From the NCBI RefSeq assembly GCF_009834535.1, contig NC_045698.1:2916001-2980000 (forward strand): a DNA stretch of 64,000 bases, in the 5' to 3' direction. The position numbers were made by a program, and so were the translations under genes. Shown piece after piece: positions 10,976 to 24,419 of the stretch (position 1 is its first letter; each line of letters begins with the position of its first letter). A model generated the notes under the pieces. That model was not told the origin of the DNA and did no database searches. It saw only the letters and a program-made list of their open reading frames with translations. The stretch is from Camelus ferus (taxonomy: Eukaryota).

Positions 10976-13184
10976 GTGGGAGAGGGGGATGGTATAAGGG
11001 GCGGCAGCAGAGAAAAGAACTCAGAGTGGATCCGGTTGGTGGGAGAAGGCTGGCTCCAGGCAGGGACCCAAGTTGGATTTGGTAAACAGTTAGAACTTCC
11101 GGCTTGGGTTCAGAGACGACTCAGCAGAGAGATCACATTACAGTTCAAGAGCAAGTGCGAGGCTGCGGGTCCTGACCTTGGTGACCTGGGGTGGAAAACG
11201 ACTTTTCTGTGACTCTGTTGACCAAAGACTGAACGCACGTCTGGGCAGAAAGCTTGTTCCCAGGCAAGAATGGCTCCTGTTTTGATCCAGTGTCTCTACA
11301 CAGTTGCTTAACCTTGCTTTATACATGATATGGCATGCACTGATCCAGAGGGTGGATTGCTTCCAAGATATCTTTTTTTAAGGAATAACTAATATACCCA
11401 GTAAGTCTTCCCAAAAAGAGCTTTGCAAAATATGTCTGTAGTGGTTAAATTTTATAATCAAATAAATGGCAACCTTTTATACTGCAGCTCTGTGTCAACA
11501 CATGCTGCTGCCCCCCCCCCTCGCCTGCAACATCCACTTTTCATCAATCGTCTGTTTTCTATTTGCTTTGTTTTGCTTTTCTTGTCATTTTCTTTGACAA
11601 GATTCAGCATGACGAAGAGGAAGTGACTAACCCACTTCTTCTGAGAAAGCATCAAAGAAATGAAGATTCCAACACTCTTTCGTGTTGGCCGTTCACCCTT
11701 TAAAGGATTTTTGGCAGCTAGAGTTTATGCAAAGACTGATCATTAAATAAAGGGATTACAATAGGCTTATTATTTTACAAGTTAAAAAAAGAAATGAATG
11801 CACTGAGTGACATGGCTGTTGAAATCCTTCTTGCAAAATATGCTCCCACAATATTACTCCCATAATACTTTTTACTAAGAGTTGACAATTGTTTGCATGT
11901 GAAACTAATATGTTAAATTAAAACACCCTGCATGGTGTTTTATTATTTGAGTGTATTTTTTTTTTGTAGTACTACTAATAAGAAAAGTACTCAGAGTTCA
12001 GCAGTATTTTGCAGAAAAGTATGTTATGAACTCTGAGACAAATAAAACATGCTAGCAAAGGAATTGAACAATGTTTGTCTTTCAAATTGTTGTTCTTTTT
12101 TTGTTTGCAGAGATTTCATGAACCATCCACAGAACTCTAGTGAGCATTGTTTGGAGACCTTCCTGAGGACACAGGACAAAGAGAGAGTGGGTCTGACCTC
12201 CAATACATGATAGATGGAAACATCCATTGTCTTAGTTTGACATTATTGTTCTCAACTTTAATTTTTATTTTTATTCTTCCATGAAGAAAAGAATGGATTG
12301 ACTGTCAATGTGGGAAAGATGGTAATTTGAGCACATCCGATTTCAATATCTAGTTTTTAAACTTGAAATCATATTTCAGTAGATAAATCTAGACTAATAT
12401 TGCAAACTATTGTGATTTTTGCAGGTGGAGGGGTGATTCCCGCTTGCTCACTATGTGGTGTCATCCATGTCCTATCAATTCCCCTTGTGTTACAACTTGG
12501 ATGAGTCGATTACACTCAGAGGGAGAATCTGTGTGTAAATTCCTGGATGTGATGCTACTGCCCAGGTTCATTTTCCCTCTAAAAATGGCAGAAGAAAATA
12601 ACTTCTATTGTGAAGATGGTGACTACAGAATATTCTAATGTTTCTCTTTAAATACTTTTGAAGTAACCTCAGCAGATTTGGACACTTGCAGAAGTCTTTA
12701 GGGAAACAGACAGAAACCAGCAAAAGAAAGCTACACTTTTAAAAACTTCATTCTACCTCAAATTAGCTCTAGGGGAATAGCCTGGATCAGATATGGTCAG
12801 ATGGGCTCCCTCCTGAGCTTAGGAACCTGGACCACCAGGACGTGGGTGGTGTAGGTTGGAAATGCCTCCCCTGGGAAATGTATGGTCATTCAGTTCCCAG
12901 GGAAACATTGAGAAACGGTGTGTTTTAGATGGAATGCTGAGTACTCACATGATTGAAGATACAAAGTTGAAGTGATAAACAGATGGAGTGTCTTGATTTA
13001 TTTTTTAATGACAGTAAAGAAATAAAGGGCAATAAAATAAGAAGAAATAATGATTTCCATATAAGAAGAAATCATGCTTTGGAGTTGGACAGGTCTCCAT
13101 AGGGACTTGTTACCATTTGTAAATGGTGGGCGTACCCTTCAGTCATTAACCTAGATTTTCTCTTAGAGTAAATTGGCAAACTAG

Positions 13185-13480
13185 AAAGTATGGAGTCTTG
13201 GAAACAGAAGGAGCTACAAGACAAGGGCTGTTGAACAAAACGCTGACCTTCTATTCAGGGATGCAGCCGGGGAATAAATGTCCCAACTCACTGTGCTTTA
13301 TATTAGTCTCCTTCTCTTTGTCTCGTGGTCTCTCTCTGTCCTTTTCATCTTCCTGTGTTCTCCATTGACCCAAACCAAAGATGGGTAGATGGTGTATGCC
13401 CCACAGATCAGCTCTTGCAGCACAGAAAGTAGTGTTGGATCTGGAGGATGGAGGTCAAGGTCCATGGGGCAAGTGGAGGA
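13185..13480. mobile_element. Old ERVL-class LTR fragment (LTR33-like)
   Basis: ccattgacccaaacc...cacagatcagc...gcacagaaag...ggatctggagg resembles old ERVL LTR ends. Confidence 0.4.
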
Positions 13481-15864
13481 CCACCAGCCCAACAACTTCT
13501 GCTGATGTCTCATCGGGTCTCTCCATCTGCAAGGGAGTCCAGGATGAAGAGTGTGTGCCCAGACACATCACCACTACTAACTGAATAAATCTCTGATAAA
13601 TAACAGAAGAGGGAAATGAGTATTACAAAATTAACCAGGAGTGTTTGCTACAAGATGGCTTTATCCAAAGAGCTGGAGAACTCTGAGAAGACAGGGACAG
13701 AGAGAAGTACAGACAGGGAGGATTCAGCCCCGTATCACCTAAGATACTGAAAATCAATGGAGATGAAAACTGCAGATCCATTGCCTGGACAGGTAATCCA
13801 CAAGTTATAACTGGATCAGGTAATTAAAAAAAAAATTCAGCTTTGCCTCCACTTTACGTATAATAAGTACGAATAAGGAAAATGAGTAATTCTGTGAAGG
13901 AAATCGAATAATTGATGAGAAAAGCAATTACCCATGTATCAAAGCTAGCTTGAGATATGTAGTGACATGGGTACCATTTTGTTTGAAGTTTGCATAATCG
14001 GATAGACAACGTCTTAGCCTGGGATCTCTAGGAAAAGGACCAATGCTTGATAAGAATTGCAGTCCCAGGGATGTGTGATTGAGGCTGGAGGGAAGTGATG
14101 CAGACGGTCAGGGATGGGGACACTGGAAGATGCTGAGTATGGCTTGCTGCCTTATGAAAAGAAACAGCCTGTTAGGTGGCCAGTCCCTTGGAGGGAGCAA
14201 TGGAGAGGACTTGATCTAGCTGACTGCCTCTTCTTTGGGACTCCTGGTATTCAATGTTTGTTCCATCGGGAGTTAACTTCCTACAACTCTGGGTCGCCTC
14301 CCCTGGCCTCTAAGGCCGTCACTGAGAAATGAAATAGCCACATTGCCAGGATAACCAGTTCTGGGCTGACGCGCATGATTGAGTAAGCTTGGAGGGCACA
14401 GGGGACTTTTGAGGCCAAAAAAATCAAATCAGGATTTTAAAATGTGCCCAATGTGTAAAATTTTAGGACACAATCATTCAAATGAAAACTCCAAATTAAA
14501 AAAAAAAAAAACACAAAACAAACAGCTCCCACCGTTAAAATCTGAACTAATTTTGCCAACAGCAATCTACCTTTTATTTTCACTCTTTTATAATGTTCTT
14601 TCTATTTTATGATTTGTTAGCAAGTACATAAATAGCATGTGTTGCTGACATAATACATTCGTCTTGGTAAGTAATAATTAAGAACATTTAATTATGCAAA
14701 CTTCTGATTTAAAAAAGTCATTAGACACTTTTATTCATGATTATTTTTCATGGGTAGAGTAGACAGATTGAATCATATCCCTAACTGACCGCTTCTCATC
14801 ATGTCATCTGTACTATAAAATGTGATGTTACTGTAAATGAGAGCTAGTCATACTCTAGTTAATTTCCTCCATGGCCTTCCTGCTCACGGTAATTTGTATC
14901 TTTATTCCCAGAATGATTTCTGATGAAAACCAAGAACACATGTTTTATAAGGCCTTTTGCCAAGAGTGTTTTAGTCTAAGACAAAACACACATTTTGTTT
15001 AAGCCATCACTAAATTTTCATGGTTCAAAAATCTCTGAAATATTATTCAGCCTGGATAAAACATTCCATGCCAGAAAAATGCATTCAGTCGTTGGCTGCC
15101 TTGGTGATCAATTATTCAGAAGTGCTAAGTTCAGCCCAGCACCATTCAAAGCCATCTCTAGAAAGGCCCCTGAAGGACTGATGATAATGCAAGAAATCAA
15201 GTAAAATGAAGGATTTTTTTAAATCCTCTATTGTGAAAAAAACCACATTCTTAGAGCCACAATGACCTTGGCGCAGGACGTTTTCTGGGGATTGATGGCC
15301 ACCTCGGACAATCAACTCCCACAAATGACCATCAATTCCCAGGCAGTGCCCCGTCCGCATCGCTCTTGCCTAATTCAATTATTTGCGGTTGTGGGCTTGC
15401 CTTGGTGAATATTTTATTGTGCAGTCAGGCTCTCTGACTTTCCTCTCTCCCTGCCCGGTTTTATTTCCCTGATATAGACCAGGCCAGGTTTACATTCACC
15501 TCACACACTCAGAACCAGATCTAATTCATGGAGAGAAAAATATATGTGCATTCATAGATGCAGATGGAGTTAAGTGGACATTGGGGGAAATATTTATAAA
15601 CAAATTCAAATAGACATAGATTATCAATGTGCACATACGCTAGTTTCATAAATCACTGTAGGTCATTTTCTTAGAGTGGGTTTTTATATCCAAACGAAGA
15701 TTAGCTTGTGAATCTTAGTATAAAGCAGAAAATGAAAATCACAATTTAGATAACGTTGGACGTTACCGGTTGAATCAACAGTTAAGAGTCTCTTAACGTA
15801 AGACTGGAATTTAACATTAGAAGCAGAGAAAAACAAAGCAAAACATTACACGTGTAAATGGCCA

Positions 15865-16000
15865 TGTATGTGCATTTTGTGTGAGTGTGTCTATGTGTGT
15901 GTGTGTGTGTATGTATGTGTATATGTGTGTACCTCTGTGTGGGTATGTGCATGTGTGTGCATGTGTGGGCACGTGTATGTACGTGTGCTTCTGTGTGTGT
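15865..16000. repeat. Compound (TG)n/(TATG)n microsatellite
   Basis: Read directly from the sequence. Confidence 0.95.
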
Positions 16001-16084
16001 ACACACCTGGGTCTGGGCCAGTACCCAAGTCTCCACCTGAGGTTAAGGACAATGTCTATTAGGACTTATGGAGACTAACACGCA

Positions 16085-16320
16085 GGCTTTGTCCTCAGAG
16101 AGATCAGATTCAAATCTCAGTTCCTTCCTGAGGCTAGGGAGCTTTGAATACATTAGCGCACTCCCTGCAGGGGAGCGCTACCCGCATTCCTAGTGTGAGG
16201 ATTGGACCTGAGTCTGTCCCATGTTCTCTCGTGGTTAGTGTGCAGACATATTACAGGGGACATGCGGCTCTCAGTGTGGATAAATGTGGGTGTGCGGCTA
16301 CGCAGTTTATTACAGCAGCA
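16085..16320 (+). mobile_element. MIR SINE (degenerate)
   Basis: ggctttg...cagattcaaatctcagttcc...tgtgaggatt. Confidence 0.5.
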
Positions 16321-16565
16321 TCATTCCACTTGTAATGTTTGTTTCTGCTCAAGATTTGGGTCTAGCAATAAAAGAGTTTATTAGATTATAAAACTCCAGC
16401 CTCATTAAAATAATAACCAAATTGGAGTACTCTAAAATTAATTATACATTTAAATGTGACATTTTGAAATTTATTAATTTTATTATATTTTATAATCCTT
16501 GCCTATACTTTATTTGTATATAAATTTTACATAATCTAACTTTTATGAGCATGGCCGTGTTCCTG

Positions 16566-17147
16566 TGAGACAGGAGGGAGGGGGCAGGTCACAGCCATTA
16601 AAAGAAGGACACAGCAACCAGCGCCAAGATGGCGGAAGAGCCACATCCCAGTGGACCCTGAGCCTCATCATAGGCTCACTGAGATATAGTAGCTGTCAAA
16701 TGGCGCTCCCACAGGTTCCAGGACAGTTTCAATGCTGACCATAAAGGGTCAAAAAGTGGGTGGGGCCCAGTTCCTGGGACTCCTAGCCCCTCCCCAAAGG
16801 ACTTGGAATAACCCTCCCACTTGTCAGCATGTGAAGCTCCCAAGCCCATTACGACAGCTCCCACACCTCCGGCCCCATCCCGTTTTCCCCACAGACCCCC
16901 TGCTCTGGACCCGCGTTCTGCCAGTGGAACGTATACCTCCTAGGCCTTCCTCTTGTCTTCTGGGACGGCCTGTACTGTCTGCGGAGTGTCATCTCTCTGA
17001 ATAAATCCACCTTCACTGGACTATGGCTTGCTTTTGAATTCTTTCCTGCACAAAGCAAGGCCCCTCACTTGGCGGGGACGGCCCCAGGGGGCTCCAGGCC
17101 TGAGGCCAGGACATGGCCATCCTCTCCTGCCCAGTTTTCCTGTATCA
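16566..17147 (+). mobile_element. Intact ERV1-class solo LTR, MER41-like
   Basis: Starts TGAGACAGG, ends TGTATCA, flanked by 4-bp TSD CCTG (16562-16565 and 17148-17151). Internal AATAAA at 17000-17005 followed by ttgaattctttcctgc, typical of the MER41 group. YY1-like AAGATGGCGG at 16626-16635. Confidence 0.85.
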
Positions 17148-18299
17148 CCTGGACTCAGAGACTTCAGCTTGTCATTAAGAATCTAACTAGCAGATAAACA
17201 ACTAGGTGTGCCCCACCCTCTTCTGTGTCACAACAACATTAAGACCACATTTTAGGATTTCTTTTCTTTTTTTGTCCTTATTTCCTAAATAATGATACGC
17301 ACACATTAATACAAATTCCAAAGCAACCAGTGTATCTATTTGTTCACAGATCCATTATGTTAGAGAGCTGTTTTTTTCACATTAGGCGCACAGATAGGAT
17401 TACCTGCAGGACAGTGCAAGAAGCAAGCTTGACCCGGCCCTCCTCACATCCCACCCTCTTCACTCCGAAAGCCAGACAGGTCCGTGGGGGCGGCCGCCCA
17501 CTCCTCCTGAGGAAAGAAGTGTGGGGTCCTCCATACACAGTCAACAAACGCAAACACTGACGGAATCCAACACAGTGATTCACAGCAATGAATCTCTCGC
17601 CACTGAGATTTAAGATTTAGATAATTCACGGGCAGGAAATATTGCAATCAACACGCATTTACATCTTGTAATAAGCGTGGAAAATGAAACATTGTGGAAG
17701 CTACTATTTTTAAGTATAGTATTTATTAATCAGATACATTAAATGGGTTCATGCAGACATTATTATTAAATCATTACATCTTGACATCATTAGCTGAGCT
17801 CAACTAGTCATCATTTCATCTCAACAGGAAGACCTAAGTGTCCTCTCACTGGTAACATCTGAGCATTCAAAGAATTCCTGCTCAGGTCTGATGGTCTAGG
17901 AAACAAAATAGCACTTCTTTCTTTTTCAATAGAACTTGGTTTAAATTAAGAAGTTGTTACCCATGCTCTGAGACGTATTTTTTTTTTTTCAATTTGGGGG
18001 CTTAAAAATAAAAAACAATTTATCCCCAAAATTTTAGATGGAGGCACTAAATTAATTTTCCACTAGATAAAAAATTAAATTGGAAAAGGTAAGATCTGTC
18101 CCCCATCTAGATACATGGACCAATTCTTTTCTCTCGCTCTCTTTTTTTTTTTTTTAACTAGATGTGAGAAACCAAATTGGGCACAGACTTTAAATTAGCA
18201 AAATGTGTGTGTATGTGTGTATGTTACCTGATAAGAGAAATATGAAAATGCTACCTTCTGGGTCTCTAAATGCCATTAAGATGTGAATACTTGTTTAGG

Positions 18300-18490
18300 C
18301 TAATATCAACCGTTTGTTGGGTCCTAATCCCTTACCAAGTGCTGTAGAGGGTTTTCCTGTCTATACCACGTACCATGTCATGACTGGTACTACCACCATC
18401 ATTGTCACACTAAGGGAAGGGTCCTTGATAAAGAAGTAAGCGCCTGAGGTCTTCTCTCCTAAGCAGGATGGACAAAACCCAGGGCACATG
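18300..18490 (-). mobile_element. MIR SINE (degenerate)
   Basis: Antisense MIR-like pattern from aatatcaaccgtttgttggg to aaacccagg. Confidence 0.4.
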
Positions 18491-20369
18491 ACCACACTGC
18501 GCAGCCAGAGTACAGCCAGCATCTCAGATTTCAAAATTAAGACCACGATGTAGATTTCACAGAATAAAGTTTCTGCTGAGCTCTCACAGGGATTTCAGAC
18601 AAACCTAGACTCCACTGGAAAGCATAACTAACATTTATAGTATTCAATACAAAAATATAATAATGCTAAAGAGAGGTACCTGATTGAAAATAAATTATGT
18701 TTGGGTGACAATTTTCAGATGAAGAGCACAAGCAAGATGTGAAGAATTTTCTGTGGTTTTGGAGGATTTGAAATAAACTATTTATAAGTGTTTAAAATAT
18801 ATTTGTTTATAATTCGCAAATTAAAATTTCTGACTCCCAAGTCCTGTCTCTCGTGGAGAGCGCACATGCAAGAAACTCCATGTCAGGGTTTCCACTATAA
18901 ACGTTATTTCTAGGGATTTATAACTTTTGCCATAAAATGTGACCCCAGGCATTAACTATCTTTTCTCAACACCGAGACTGACATTTTCAAGTGTAACTTT
19001 TCATACACATGCTGAAAAGAAGCTGGCAGTGGAGCTGTTTTTAGTACGTAATTGCTGAAAACATACCAGTGTTGCCGTTGAGGGGTGTACCTGGACCGCA
19101 TTTACTGCAAGTCAGAAACCTTCATTAAACAGCAGTTAATGCGTCTATAATAGGGTCTAATCCTAGTTGACTTGAAAACACATATACAAGCCCTACGTTT
19201 CGGCCTGGGTGTTACTTTTTTTCCCGAGTGATGTGCGCCCTCCCTGCGGCTCTGTCTGCCCCTCACCTCCGCCTCCCTGCACACGTGACATCCTCATTAC
19301 TCACAAAAGCGCTTTGTGGCATTGCGGGTTTATGGGAAAGGAAAGTGTCGGCATCTACTGCTTCCTATGAGAAATGAACATTGACTTTCTCTGAAGAAAA
19401 TGTAAATGGATTTACTTAATTGGACTTTGGGCATTGGGGCAATTAATAATAGATTGTGTCATAGTGAGGGCTTTGTGTGTATTTAAAGCAATAAATTACA
19501 AGTATTAAATGTATATTTATTCCAAGTTAAACTCATTTCTAATTGACATGGTACTTAGCCCAGGGCTTTTAAGATCTTTTAGTATAATTAAATTAATAGA
19601 AAGCTATGGATCACAGTATGATAAACAAACAGCCTAGACTTTAATATGACAGATATACAGAACAGGCCATGTAAGGAGATCATTATTATCGGTTTAGGTT
19701 CAGCAAAAATACCACCAGAATGGAAAGAAAAGAAGAAAACGTGTGGCTGACGTGGGTGACATAAGGCATTCCTCTTGTCCTCGTCTGACCAGCCAGCGTC
19801 AGAAACCCCATGCTGGGTGGGAACTTCATTATGAACATTTCTTGGATGGATCAATGCTTTATACCAGAAGCTCTTAAAACCCCACATCAAACATTTAAAG
19901 GCTATTATTATGGTCCATCAAGGCTTTGGGCAGTCAAAAAAAATAATAGTATTTCATGTCTGTAGCGCAGAACTAGCCACCTCTAGTTTCTATTGGTTTC
20001 AAAACCTTCATTTATAAATATAGTCTTTACTGCTAAATGCATATTATAAATTCTATTGACCTGAAATGGAACGGTGGCTTTAGTTTTACAATTTTAATTT
20101 GTCTAAAAACTCAACATGCTTGACAACCATTTGTTTTCCTTGTTTGTTCGACAATATTCTGGAGAGACAAAGACAGCCTTCTCCAATAGGAGGGAAAATT
20201 GAGATAGAGGCTATGTCTACAGGCTGAATTCTTTTGTCTCCCATCAAAATGGTTTGATGTGGAGCCCCGTGTGCCTTCCTGGCCCCACGGGGACTACTTG
20301 GGAACAAGTCCTCATGCCCACATGTCTGGTGCTCTCTTCTCCTGAGATTTCTCATTTTATGTCTCTTTT

Positions 20370-20480
20370 TGCGCCTGATGAACTGGTCCTCCAGGACCAG
20401 AGGCCTCTTACTAATCTCTGTACCCCCATTGGCCACAGTGCTGAGCACATAGTATGTGTGTGATAAACACCTGTCTAGTA
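20370..20480 (+). mobile_element. LINE-2 3' end
   Basis: ctccaggaccagagg...ctctgtacccc...cacagtgctgagcacatagta. Confidence 0.55.
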
Positions 20481-21034
20481 AGGGAAGGCAGTATTCCCAC
20501 GGCGTGTCTTATGACTGAAATGATTCCTCTTCACAGAGCAGATGAAGCCTGGGAGGGGCGGGGACTTCCCCGAGACAAAGCAGGATGTCTGCACAGGCTT
20601 TGATCCTCATGCGGGATTCTATTTCTGGGGTTTCTACATCCATCAGTTGCTTCTCAAGTGCAGTCAAGTCACAGGAAGCCCTAAAAACCCAACCAAAAAG
20701 TGTATTTGTCAAGACAAAACTTGAATAGTTAGTGAACGCTTACTAATGTTTTTGAGTTTATGTTCAGCACCAGATTTCATTCCCCAAGCATTGTATCGAC
20801 AGTGTTTTGCTGCGTCGACAACATAAATTCCTGCTGCTCCTGCGTTTCGTGGGCTAGGTGTACTGCAGTGAAGGCTCCAGCGTGATTTGTACCCGTAATT
20901 GGGTTTTTATTATTTGGTGTCCAGGCAAGGATGCTTAGATGAAGAGTTGCTCAGTATCACCTTATCCCTGTGTGATGTGCAAGGGTGGGGTTTTCTGCAC
21001 CTTTTTGACTTCCTAAAGGTTTTTCTTTTTTCCC

Positions 21035-21275
21035 TTGAATAAACTTTTAAATTCTGGAGTAATTTTAGAGTTGCAGGAAACTTGGAAAGACGGTACAGAA
21101 AGTTCTCACATACTATGCGCCCAGTTTCCCTCAGTGTCAACATCTTACTTTATCATGGTGCACTTGTCACAACTAGGGGACCAACATCAGTGCATTGCTC
21201 TGAATGAAGCTCCAGAACGCAATCAAACATCACTAGTTTTTCCACTAATGTCCTTTTGTCGTTCTGGGACTCCAA
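21035..21275 (-). mobile_element. L1MC-like 3' UTR fragment
   Basis: aattttagagttgcaggaaacttggaaagacggtacagaaagttctcacatac...ccagtttccc. Confidence 0.7.
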
Positions 21276-22611
21276 CAAGCAGACCGCGCTGTGAGTCAGG
21301 TTGTCGAAGGCTGCACTTGACTCTTCGCAATATTCAGAGAGTTTCTCTCCCATGTCTCCAGACAAATCCTGGGTGCCTGCCTCTCTGCCCCACTTCTTGC
21401 TCTGACTAACCACGTGGAAGGGGGGCAAGAGGGGCCCATTCGGATGCTCATTAAGCAATTAATTGGAGGAATAACTTGCTTTACTAATCTGTAGATTTCC
21501 AATGAAACCTGATAAAGGCATTTTTGACAAGCAAATTCATAGAGATGCTTCCGCAAACAGCCCTTCTAAATTGGCACCAGGGCAGAGAGAAAAGCCACCT
21601 CAGCGCAGCTTAAATATGCTAACCCAGCTAATCCTGACTCGGCATAAGGCCACTTCCCTGGTCCTGATACAAAGACCTTCTGTTGTTTTCTTTTATGCTT
21701 AACAGGAAGGACCGAGGGTCCAGTCTGTGCCTGGACTGGAAACAGCTGTCACCAGGAGGAGGCATTTCAACAAATCAGGCCCGGTTTAAGGCAGCTGGGA
21801 GTTCGTACCAGTGAGTACACGCAGGGTGAGCAAGGACCGTGCACACTGTTAAAAGGTTTGTACCAGGGGCGGGTTTCCAAAGACCAGGCCTACCATATTT
21901 CCGTAACATGAATAATTCTGAAAACTCAAATATGTGTTCGCTAAAGGCTTTGCCATTGCTTGGAAGATGTCCTTCCGTGGGAGGCTGCTAAGTCTAGGCG
22001 CCTGCGAGGGGGACGGTCCCTGCTGTGCTGATGGCTCAGTCAGCGCCTGTCTGCCCTGTCCGTGCGGAGGGCAGTGTGGCCCAGAAGCGATAGGTATACA
22101 CTGTTCTAATGAAATGGGCCGTGAAAACTTAGCTAAGAGTATAGGGCACAGTCTTAGCCTCCAGAGCCTCACTCAACAATCAGGCGCATATTCAATTTAC
22201 CTCTAAGACTTCTGAAAGAAATACAGAAAACTTGATGTGAAGGACTGTCAGATCCATCAGCTGTGTCAATGTACGGGTTTGAATCTCTTATTTCCTTGGT
22301 CTGTTTAATTTTGTGCCTCAGGGCTTTCAAGCCATATATTCTAAAGAGTAAGGCCTTTATCTAGGACTTAAATAGGTCATTTAACTTCATTATTCTGCGC
22401 AATGACTAAATCCAGTCGTCTCTGTGACGCCTTTAAACCGCATTTCTAAGTCCAATAACTTACTTGCGAATAAGAAGCACAAAGGTTTGATCTGCACTTT
22501 CACACTGCTTCCTGGGTGCTGAGATTTCTTTAGGTATGCCCCCAGTGAAAATTTCAAAATTGCTAAGTACCGCATTTTACTTTTAAAATGTATCCATTTA
22601 AATGAGCCTAA

Positions 22612-23385
22612 CTATTGGTGGGAATGTAAAGTAGTGCGGCCACTATGGAAAATTGTATGGAGTGCCCTCAAAAAGTTGCAGACAGGACTGTCATACGATC
22701 CAGCAATCCCACTTCCGGGTCTATATCCAAAGGAAGAGAAAACAGGACGTCAAGGAGACACCTGCACGCCCGTGTTCACTGCAGCGTCGTTCACGGCAGC
22801 TAAGACAAGGGAACAGCCCAAGCATCCCCCTGTGGATGAAAGGGCAATAATAATACGTATGTACATAGCAAATGCAGCCCTGAGACAGAAGGAATTCCTG
22901 CTGCTTGTGACCGTATGGATGGACCTTGAGGGCACTGTGCTAAGTGAAATCAGTCAGACTGAGAGAGACAAACAGTGTTTGATATGTGTGTATGTGGAAT
23001 CTAGAATAAAGTTAAACTCAGTAACAGAGAGTAAGAGAGTGGTTTCCGGGGCCTGGGGGCAGGGAGGGAGGGGTAGGAAGAGATTGGTGAAAGGATGCAA
23101 ACTTTCAGCTATAAGATGAAAAGGTCTGTGGATCGAAAGTATAAGATGGTGACTATAGTTGAAAACACTGTCTTGTACGACTGAAATTTGCTAAGAGAGT
23201 AGAACTTAAATGCTCTCACAAAAGACAACGCAGTGGCAGAGGAGATAGCTAACTATTAACTAGGAGGTGGGACGCCTTTCACAATGTATACCTGCATCAA
23301 ACCACCGCAGCACACACCTCAAATATAGTTTTATATGTCAATTATATACGTCAGTACAGCTGGAAAAATAAGATGAATAAAGAAA
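22612..23385 (+). mobile_element. L1 3' end (L1MA9-like): ORF2 C-terminus plus 3' UTR
   Basis: ORF 22634..23119 gives PLWKIVW..LK..YDPAIPLPGLYPKE...WMDLE..LSEISQ (L1 ORF2 C-terminal motifs). 3' UTR tgaaatttgctaagagagtaga. Confidence 0.9.
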
Positions 23386-24419
23386 TGTATCTAAACCCAC
23401 GTAATTATGGATTTTCTTCTGCATATTTGCTACCTGACGCAATTATGTCATCAGTACTTCTTTGATCAGAGGAAGCTTATAAGAGGCAGGGCTATGCTGA
23501 CTGTCCCTCACTGTGTGGAGGTTAGACTCAATGATACGTTTGAATTGCTTTTATTTAGGGAAAAACAAGGGGCTACCTCCATGGTATGGGGGTGACCAGT
23601 TAAAAGAGAGATGAAAAGGCAGTTCAACTGGACTCTGAGGGTGAAACAGGATGCACAGTCCAGACGGACTTCAGTTAGCGAAGTCCCTTTATGCCCTCAG
23701 AGAGACTGGACGTAGGTTTCTAACAAAACAACGGCTGGGAGCTATGCGCTGGAGCCAGCAATTTATGTGGGCGACCGCTCAAGTTTCCCTGTTGGTTGAG
23801 GGTGCCATCTGGAAGGCTGCCTAAACACATGACTGCTCGCCATCCGCATTGGACCTTTTCAGGGGGAGCATAAATGACTTCAACAGTCGATAAAAGAAAA
23901 GGACAGAAAAAAATGTGAACAAATTCTGTGTTCAATGGATTAATTGTCTCATTTATATAACTTGTGGTTAGCCTCAGTCAGCATTCTTAACATTGTTGGA
24001 TTTGTGCTTAATTCTGCACTGTTCTGATGATCATCATGAAACAGTACAAGAAAAAGAAATCTGAAGCCTCCTGGGTGTTTTATCAAACATGTAATAAAGT
24101 TCCTTTGCCTTCCCACTCAATTTAATAAAACCAAAAGGCTGGAATGCTTTTAGTGAGGTGTGTCTGGAGGCATTAAAATTTTGTTGTTTTTCTTTGTGTT
24201 AATCTCTAAACCAAATAATAATTGTTCCAGTCTGTGTCTTTGGTTGCACATGTTATTTTTTTAAACTCCTTAAGCATACTAAATTAATACCTAACCAAAA
24301 CTGGTTTAAATTGGACAAGGCAGTTAGAAAGAGTTTTGTAATTTATTCTTAAGCAGCAAAGTTTGGTTTTTATTCATTATTTCAATTAGTACAAGCTGCT
24401 CATGTGACATAATATTTTA

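Noticed and set aside
15782..16078. His/Thr- and Cys/Val-rich ORFs
   Set aside because: Translations of the (TG)n microsatellite; likewise at 46249 and 49232.
22634..23119. 161-aa ORF as a host gene
   Set aside because: L1 ORF2 C-terminal remnant; the same applies to ORFs at 32350, 54618 and 25668.
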